Shown here piece after piece: positions 56,948 to 64,000 of a DNA stretch of 64,000 nucleotides (position 1 is its first letter; each line of letters opens with the position of its first letter). The stretch lies in assembly GCF_003018255.1 (NCBI RefSeq), contig NZ_CP027440.1. One strand, 5' to 3'. The stretch comes from Escherichia coli. GTDB lineage: Bacteria > Pseudomonadota > Gammaproteobacteria > Enterobacterales > Enterobacteriaceae. The notes under the pieces were generated by a model. That model was given only the letters and a program-made list of their open reading frames with translations. It was not told where the DNA came from and made no database searches. The position numbers and the translations under genes are program-made.

Positions 56948-57922
56948 TTATTTTTTCAGGCCCAGGCGAGTCAGCAACTCGTCAAAGTACTTTTCCTGTT
57001 CGCTGATTTGGGTCTGGAAGCTGGCAGCGTCAAGCCATGCATAGTTGAGATTCAACTTTTGCAGTGCATCCTGGAATGCAGGCTCTTCAGCCGTCTCTTT
57101 TGCTGCCTTTGCCAGAACATCCACCACATCCTGCGGCGTTTTTTGCGACACAATCAGGCCGCGCCAGGTGCCGATGGAGAGATCAACGCCTTTCTCTTTT
57201 AACGTCGGGACGTCAGGCATGGTTTTCATTCGCTCATCCGCCATCACTACCAGTGTCTTCAGCTTGCCGCCATTCACATGGTTGATAACTTCTCCTGGGC
57301 TTACGGAAACCGCTTCAATATGCCCGCCTAACAGGCCTGTAATGGCAGGGGCTGCGCCGTCATACGGGACATGAGAAAACTTTGTGCCCGTTTTGTCTTC
57401 CAGTGCAGCTGCCGCCAGATGCCAGATAGCTCCGGTGCCTGAGTTACCAATGCGTACTTTTCCGGGATTCGCTTTGGAGTAAGCCATAAATTCTTCATAG
57501 CTATTCCACGGCGCATCGGCACGGACTGTGATAGCAGCCGGATCCGCATTCAGACGGGCAATGGGTTTAAAGTCGCTGGTTTTAAAACGCACCATTCCGA
57601 GGCTGGGAAGGGTGGTCAGTTCAACCGTGCCTAAACCAATTTTGTAACCGTTAGGGCGGGCAGCGGCGATTTCACTCAGGCCGATAGCACCGCCTCCGCC
57701 AGGTTTATTGATAACCCCGATGCTGACGGGTAAATGGTTTTTGGCGGCATCAGCAAAGGCACGGGCAACCAGATCCGTACCGCCTCCGGCAGCGTAGGGA
57801 ACGACTAACTCGATCTGTTTGGTTGGGTAGGAGGCAGCCTGTACAGGCGCAATGCTGAGGGCAGCGCCTGCAAGAAGTACCATTGCAGCCATTTTTTTCG
57901 GTAAGGTAAGATGTTTTATCAT
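56948..57922 (-). CDS. tctC: tripartite tricarboxylate transporter periplasmic substrate-binding protein (Bug/TctC family)
   Basis: 324 aa; signal peptide; Bug-family architecture (IELVVPYAAGGGTDLVAR, GNSGTGAIWHLAA). Confidence 0.75.
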   Translation of the reverse strand: MIKHLTLPKKMAAMVLLAGAALSIAPVQAASYPTKQIELVVPYAAGGGTDLVARAFADAAKNHLPVSIGVINKPGGGGAIGLSEIAAARPNGYKIGLGTVELTTLPSLGMVRFKTSDFKPIARLNADPAAITVRADAPWNSYEEFMAYSKANPGKVRIGNSGTGAIWHLAAAALEDKTGTKFSHVPYDGAAPAITGLLGGHIEAVSVSPGEVINHVNGGKLKTLVVMADERMKTMPDVPTLKEKGVDLSIGTWRGLIVSQKTPQDVVDVLAKAAKETAEEPAFQDALQKLNLNYAWLDAASFQTQISEQEKYFDELLTRLGLKK

Positions 57923-57946
57923 TGCTTTTATATCCTTATTTATCAG

Positions 57947-58576
57947 TTAGTTGCTATTTAAATTGTTCCATGCGTTCATAAACAGTACTGCATTTTCATA
58001 GACTTGCTCTGGCGTCATGCCGGGGCGATATAGCGCAGAACCGAGGCCAAAGCCGTTTGCGCCGTGGCTCAGATAACGCGCCATGGTTTCCGGTGTGATA
58101 CCGCCAACCGGTAACATCGGAACGGATTGTGGAATAACCGCACGCCAGGCTTTGGTAACTTCTGGCGTAATTTGTTCAGCCGGGAACAGCTTGATGGCAT
58201 TAGCACCATGTTCAATGGCAGCAAAGGCTTCGGTGGGCGTGGCGACGCCAGGCGCACAATACATACCCAGCGCACGGGCGCGACGGATCACCGCAGTATC
58301 GCAATGCGGCATCACGATAATCTGGCCCCCAGCCTCTTTAACCGCAACCACCTGCTCTACCGAAAGCACAGTTCCGGCTCCGACCAGGCAGTCCTTAGGC
58401 AGGGCGTCGCGCAGTAAACTGATACTTTGCAACGCCTCCGGCGAGTTCATAGGAATCTCAATCAGGCGGAATCCGGCGGCGTACAGTTTTTCACCGATGG
58501 CGACAATCTCATCCGGTTTCACGCCGCGTAAAATGGCGACTAACCCGGTTTTTTGCAAAAGTGTATTAAATGGCAT
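57947..58576 (-). CDS. 2-dehydro-3-deoxy-6-phosphogalactonate (KDPGal) aldolase-like
   Basis: ORF track starts at 58651; ATG at 58576 with SD (MPFNTLLQKTGLVAILRGVKPDE) aligns along its length with remembered E. coli DgoA (KLPLIAILRGITPDE...EIPLNSP...GAGTVL...VGGVTPEN). Confidence 0.75.
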   Translation of the reverse strand: MPFNTLLQKTGLVAILRGVKPDEIVAIGEKLYAAGFRLIEIPMNSPEALQSISLLRDALPKDCLVGAGTVLSVEQVVAVKEAGGQIIVMPHCDTAVIRRARALGMYCAPGVATPTEAFAAIEHGANAIKLFPAEQITPEVTKAWRAVIPQSVPMLPVGGITPETMARYLSHGANGFGLGSALYRPGMTPEQVYENAVLFMNAWNNLNSN

Positions 58577-59570
58577 GGGTACATTCCCTGGCGTTGGTGG
58601 ACAGTAACCCGGCAGCGTGGGCGATTCGCCATAATCCATGTTCAGTGGCATTAGGAATGGCGTGTATCTGTCTGTCGGGAAAAACGTGGCTGAATGCTTG
58701 TGAATAGCGGCTGTTCAGATTTGCGCTACCGATTAAGGCGATCGGTGTTGTGGCGGGTAAATCACGTAGCAAACTGGATGCCAGACCACATAATTCATGG
58801 CCTATCAGTAATCCGGAAAGGTAATCCCCCTGCGAGGACGACGTAAGATTACTGGTCAGCAGGCGCGAACGGGTCGAAAACAGCGTCGATAATAATCCGG
58901 TCTGATGATGCTCTTGTGCTGCTGTCAGCCCGTGGGTGAAGGCATCCCAGTGCGGTTCATCTCCAGGATGCATGGTGGCACCGAGAATCGAATGGCGGGA
59001 TAAAACATCAAATAACTCGCCCGTCATAAAGGTTCGGAAATCGGTAATGGTGTTGTTTTCAACTACTGCCCATTTCGCATGTGTGCCGGGTAAGCCTATC
59101 AGCACTGGCATACCCTGATGGATCGCGTTTTGCAGGGCCGGTTCCATCGAGATAGCACCGAAGATTTGTGTCTCTTCGCCACGCATCACTTCGGGCATTT
59201 CACCTTCTTTAATCACGCCAGGAATGATGTGCAGCATTGTCTGCTGCTGGTGGATAACAGGCGTCAACTGCTTCGCCAGACCCTCGAGAGTGACCGGGCA
59301 AGGTAAATAAGCTGCTGATTGCCACCCTTGCGCACTGCCGAGCATGCCGCAAGCCAGTACCGGGCATGGGGTTTGTGCCAGCCAGTCGCCGCAGACACGT
59401 AAAAACGTATCGTGGAAAGCGTCCTCACGTGTTGCTGCCTGGGAGGGTAATTTCATGATCCCCCAGGGGAATTCACGTTTTTCTTGTGGATTTGGTGATT
59501 CGCCAAAACGCCATGCCCGAAGCGATGACGTTCCCCAGTCCAGGGCAATAAATGAGGGTGCTCCCGGCAT
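58566..59570 (-). CDS. 2-dehydro-3-deoxygalactonokinase-like
   Basis: 334 aa; IALDWGTSSLRAW and VMRGEETQIFGA motifs match DgoK (IAIDWGSTNLRAW, VMRGEETQLIGA); 3' end overlaps the aldolase start. Confidence 0.75.
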   Translation of the reverse strand: MPGAPSFIALDWGTSSLRAWRFGESPNPQEKREFPWGIMKLPSQAATREDAFHDTFLRVCGDWLAQTPCPVLACGMLGSAQGWQSAAYLPCPVTLEGLAKQLTPVIHQQQTMLHIIPGVIKEGEMPEVMRGEETQIFGAISMEPALQNAIHQGMPVLIGLPGTHAKWAVVENNTITDFRTFMTGELFDVLSRHSILGATMHPGDEPHWDAFTHGLTAAQEHHQTGLLSTLFSTRSRLLTSNLTSSSQGDYLSGLLIGHELCGLASSLLRDLPATTPIALIGSANLNSRYSQAFSHVFPDRQIHAIPNATEHGLWRIAHAAGLLSTNARECTHAI

Positions 59571-59593
59571 TAGTCGTTTCCTTTAATCATGGT

Positions 59594-60361
59594 TTATTTA
59601 TCTTTGCGGACGTGCTTACCCCAGCCCAGTTCAGCGGATATCTCTTCTGCACAGGATTTGACGTAAGGTGCCAGTTCTTCCAGACGCGCCAGCGACATAT
59701 ACGTGGTGGTACTGGCGACAGAAATAGCCGCCACAATTTCATCCCGGGCGTTGTAAACCGGCGCTGCAACGCAACGGATAGTCGGCTCGTTCTCTTCCAG
59801 ATCAAAAGCAAAACCACTGGCGGCATAACGACGCATGTTCTGAATAAATGCGCCCAGTTTTGTTTCATCACCACAGGTCTTAAACAGCGTGCGCCACTCT
59901 TCTTCTGTTCGGTTGAGGATCAATGCCTTGCCGATGCCGGTGATTGCCAGTGGCATGCGATGGCCTGGGCGTGAGCGCATTTCCAGCCCGCGCTGACTGT
60001 TGATCTTCTCCAGATACAGCACTTCGTCGCCTTCAACGATCCCCAGATGCACGGTGTCCAGGGTGTAACGGGCAAGGCGTTGCAAAACGGGCTGGGCAAT
60101 TTCGTACAGTGAGGTGCTTTCCAGTGCTCTGGCACCGAATTCGATCAGTTTGGCACCCAGTTGGTAGCCCTGCGTTGGGACATGGCGCAGGTAGCGTTGT
60201 TCCACCAGAACGGTGACTAAACGATGGGTTGTGCTCCGGGTCGTGCCGGTGAACTCGCCGATACTTTTTAGGTCATGGCAGCCGTTATAAACAGCATTAA
60301 GAACCGCCAGTCCACGTAATAACGTTTGTGCGCCTGCGGTGGTTGAAGAGGTTTCTGCCAT
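59594..60361 (-). CDS. IclR/KdgR-family transcriptional regulator
   Basis: ORF track starts at 60535; ATG at 60361 with AGGAG SD (MAETSSTTAGAQTLLRGLAVLNAV) gives ~255 aa; N-terminal winged HTH and C-terminal effector domain laid out as in KdgR. Confidence 0.7.
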   Translation of the reverse strand: MAETSSTTAGAQTLLRGLAVLNAVYNGCHDLKSIGEFTGTTRSTTHRLVTVLVEQRYLRHVPTQGYQLGAKLIEFGARALESTSLYEIAQPVLQRLARYTLDTVHLGIVEGDEVLYLEKINSQRGLEMRSRPGHRMPLAITGIGKALILNRTEEEWRTLFKTCGDETKLGAFIQNMRRYAASGFAFDLEENEPTIRCVAAPVYNARDEIVAAISVASTTTYMSLARLEELAPYVKSCAEEISAELGWGKHVRKDK

Positions 60362-60422
60362 ACGTTTCTCCTGATGATATTGCTGAAGTGTTCCACATAA
60401 TGACGTGGGGAAAAGGTGATAT

Positions 60423-60458
60423 ATCCCACAATATAAACTCCATCTCATATTGTGGGAT
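60423..60458. promoter_or_regulatory. perfect inverted repeat, candidate operator of the IclR-family regulator
   Basis: ATCCCACAATAT-N12-ATATTGTGGGAT, 12-bp perfect arms, 60-100 bp upstream of the regulator start and about 120 bp upstream of rmuC. Confidence 0.4.
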
Positions 60459-60577
60459 AAAATAATGAAAATTAACGATCGTTTTGCGTAGCGCCTCGCA
60501 GGAAATGCCTTTCCAACTGGACGTTTGTACAGCACAATTCTATTTTGTGCGGGTAAGTTGTTGCGTCAGGAGGCGTT

Positions 60578-62005
60578 GTGGATTTCTCAATCATGGTTTA
60601 CGCAGTTATTGCATTGGTGGGTGTGGCAATTGGCTGGCTGTTTGCCAGTTATCAACATGCGCAGCAAAAAGCCGAGCAATTAGCTGAACGTGAAGAGATG
60701 GTCGCGGAGTTAAGCGCGGCAAAACAACAAATTACTCAAAGCGAGCACTGGCGCGCTGAGTGCGAGTTACTCAATAACGAAGTGCGCAGCCTGCAAAGTA
60801 TTAACACCTCTCTGGAGGCCGATCTGCGTGAAGTAACCACGCGGATGGAAGCCGCACAGCAACATGCTGACGATAAAATTCGCCAGATGATCAACAGCGA
60901 GCAGCGCCTCAGTGAGCAGTTTGAAAACCTCGCCAACCGTATTTTTGAGCACAGCAATCGCCGGGTTGATGAGCAAAACCGTCAGAGTCTGAACAGCCTG
61001 TTGTCGCCGCTACGTGAACAACTGGACGGTTTCCGCCGTCAGGTTCAGGACAGCTTCGGTAAAGAAGCACAGGAACGTCATACCCTGACCCACGAAATTC
61101 GCAATCTCCAGCAGCTCAACGCGCAAATGGCTCAGGAGGCGATCAACCTGACGCGCGCGCTGAAAGGCGACAATAAAACCCAGGGCAACTGGGGCGAGGT
61201 GGTATTGACGCGGGTGCTGGAGGCTTCCGGTCTGCGTGAAGGGTATGAATATGAAACTCAGGTCAGCATCGAAAATGACGCCCGCTCGCGGATGCAGCCG
61301 GATGTCATCGTGCGGTTGCCGCAGGGAAAAGATGTGGTGATCGACGCCAAAATGACGCTGGTCGCCTATGAACGCTATTTCAACGCCGAAGATGACTACA
61401 CCCGCGAAAGCGCGCTACAGGAACATATCGCGTCGGTGCGTAACCATATCCGTTTGCTGGGACGCAAAGATTATCAACAGCTGCCGGGGCTGCGAACCCT
61501 GGATTACGTGCTGATGTTTATTCCCGTTGAACCCGCTTTTTTACTGGCGCTTGACCGCCAGCCGGAGCTGATCACCGAAGCGTTGAAAAACAATATCATG
61601 CTGGTTAGCCCGACTACGCTGCTGGTGGCGCTGCGCACTATCGCCAACCTGTGGCGTTATGAGCATCAAAGCCGCAACGCCCAGCAAATCGCCGATCGTG
61701 CCAGCAAGCTGTACGACAAGATGCGTTTGTTCGTCGATGACATGTCAGCGATTGGTCAAAGTCTCGACAAAGCGCAGGATAACTACCGCCAGGCAATGAA
61801 AAAACTCTCTTCAGGTCGCGGAAATGTGCTGGCGCAGGCAGAAGCGTTTCGCGGTTTAGGGGTAGAAATTAAACGCGAGATTAATCCTGATTTGGCTGAA
61901 CAGGCGGTGAGCCAGGATGAAGAGTATCGACTGCGGTCGGTTCCGGAGCAGCCGAATGATGAAGCTTATCAACGCGATGATGAATATAATCAGCAGTCGC
62001 GCTAG
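60578..62005 (+). CDS. rmuC: DNA recombination protein RmuC
   Basis: 475 aa; N-terminal TM then long coiled-coil and RmuC domain; synteny upstream of ubiE. Confidence 0.85.
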   Translation: MDFSIMVYAVIALVGVAIGWLFASYQHAQQKAEQLAEREEMVAELSAAKQQITQSEHWRAECELLNNEVRSLQSINTSLEADLREVTTRMEAAQQHADDKIRQMINSEQRLSEQFENLANRIFEHSNRRVDEQNRQSLNSLLSPLREQLDGFRRQVQDSFGKEAQERHTLTHEIRNLQQLNAQMAQEAINLTRALKGDNKTQGNWGEVVLTRVLEASGLREGYEYETQVSIENDARSRMQPDVIVRLPQGKDVVIDAKMTLVAYERYFNAEDDYTRESALQEHIASVRNHIRLLGRKDYQQLPGLRTLDYVLMFIPVEPAFLLALDRQPELITEALKNNIMLVSPTTLLVALRTIANLWRYEHQSRNAQQIADRASKLYDKMRLFVDDMSAIGQSLDKAQDNYRQAMKKLSSGRGNVLAQAEAFRGLGVEIKREINPDLAEQAVSQDEEYRLRSVPEQPNDEAYQRDDEYNQQSR

Positions 62006-62099
62006 CCCATTGGGGGTAGTTAAGCCGGGTAGAAATCTAGGGCATCGACGCCCAATCTGTTACACTTCTGGAACAATTTTTTGATGAGCAGGCATTGAG

Positions 62100-62855
62100 A
62101 TGGTGGATAAGTCACAAGAAACGACGCACTTTGGTTTTCAGACCGTCGCGAAGGAACAAAAAGCGGATATGGTCGCTCACGTTTTCCATTCCGTGGCATC
62201 AAAATACGATGTCATGAATGATTTGATGTCATTCGGTATTCATCGTTTGTGGAAGCGATTCACGATTGATTGCAGCGGCGTACGCCGTGGGCAGACCGTG
62301 CTGGATCTGGCTGGTGGCACCGGCGACCTGACAGCGAAATTCTCTCGCCTGGTCGGAGAAACTGGCAAAGTGGTCCTTGCTGATATCAATGAATCCATGC
62401 TCAAAATGGGCCGCGAGAAGCTGCGTAATATCGGTGTGATTGGCAACGTTGAGTATGTTCAGGCGAACGCTGAGGCGCTGCCGTTCCCGGATAACACCTT
62501 TGATTGCATCACCATTTCGTTTGGTCTGCGTAACGTCACCGACAAAGATAAAGCACTGCGTTCAATGTATCGCGTGCTGAAACCCGGCGGCCGCCTGCTG
62601 GTGCTTGAGTTCTCGAAGCCAATTATCGAGCCGCTGAGCAAAGCCTATGATGCATACTCCTTCCATGTGCTGCCGCGTATTGGCTCACTGGTCGCGAACG
62701 ACGCCGACAGCTACCGTTATCTGGCAGAATCCATCCGTATGCATCCCGATCAGGATACCCTGAAAACCATGATGCAGGATGCCGGATTCGAAAGTGTCGA
62801 CTACTACAATCTGACGGCAGGGGTTGTGGCGCTGCATCGTGGTTATAAGTTCTGA
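62100..62855 (+). CDS. ubiE: ubiquinone/menaquinone C-methyltransferase
   Basis: 251 aa; SAM-binding motif [11 protein letters not shown]. Confidence 0.9.
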
Positions 62856-62868
62856 CAGGAGACCGGAA

Positions 62869-64000
<1,132 letters not shown>

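Noticed and set aside
57947-58651. Longer 234 aa form of the DgoA-like aldolase starting at 58651
   Set aside because: The extra 25 residues (MPLNMDYGESPTLPGYCPPTPGNVP) overlap the kinase gene and are not part of the DgoA alignment as I recall it; ATG at 58576 has an SD.
59594-60535. Longer 313 aa form of the IclR-family regulator
   Set aside because: Extension would read through the palindromic candidate operator and lacks an RBS; ATG at 60361 is preceded by AGGAG.

Overview
This window reads as an Escherichia coli-like chromosomal segment, syntenic with the K-12 region running from the ECA (wec/rff) cluster to ubiB. Core content, in order: wzzE-wecB-wecC-rffG-rffH-wecD-wecE-wzxE-wecF-wzyE-wecG, yifK, the argX-hisR-leuT-proM tRNA operon, aslB/aslA, a GlmZ-like sRNA, hemYXDC, cyaA, cyaY, yifL-dapF-yigA-xerC-yigB-uvrD, yigE, corA, rarD, yigI, pldA, recQ, rhtC/rhtB, pldB, yigL, yigM, metR/metE, ysgA, udp, rmuC, ubiE-ubiJ-ubiB (partial). 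Gene identities come from reading the supplied translations against remembered K-12 proteins; no database search was run. Five cargo insertions interrupt this backbone, none with an integrase or transposase: (1) between metE and ysgA, an AT-rich module encoding an Hcp-domain protein with a ~210 aa C-terminal extension (a candidate orphan T6SS Hcp-effector fusion) plus two tandem paralogous small genes that look like immunity genes; (2) between udp and rmuC, a six-gene minus-strand operon of an IclR/KdgR-like regulator, DgoK-like kinase, DgoA-like aldolase and a TctCBA tripartite tricarboxylate transporter; (3) between cyaY and yifL, a DKNYY-repeat secreted protein and a DUF3304-like membrane protein, each preceded by a copy of a ~170 bp direct repeat, the second copy carrying a frameshifted signal-peptide remnant; (4) between corA and rarD, an AT-rich gene pair resembling DUF3289/DUF943; (5) between uvrD and yigE, a secreted DUF62 (SAM hydroxide adenosyltransferase-like) protein. 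The Hcp-effector module and the TTT/keto-deoxy-sugar-acid operon are the strongest candidates for a poorly described system. No CRISPR array, IS element or prophage was found.
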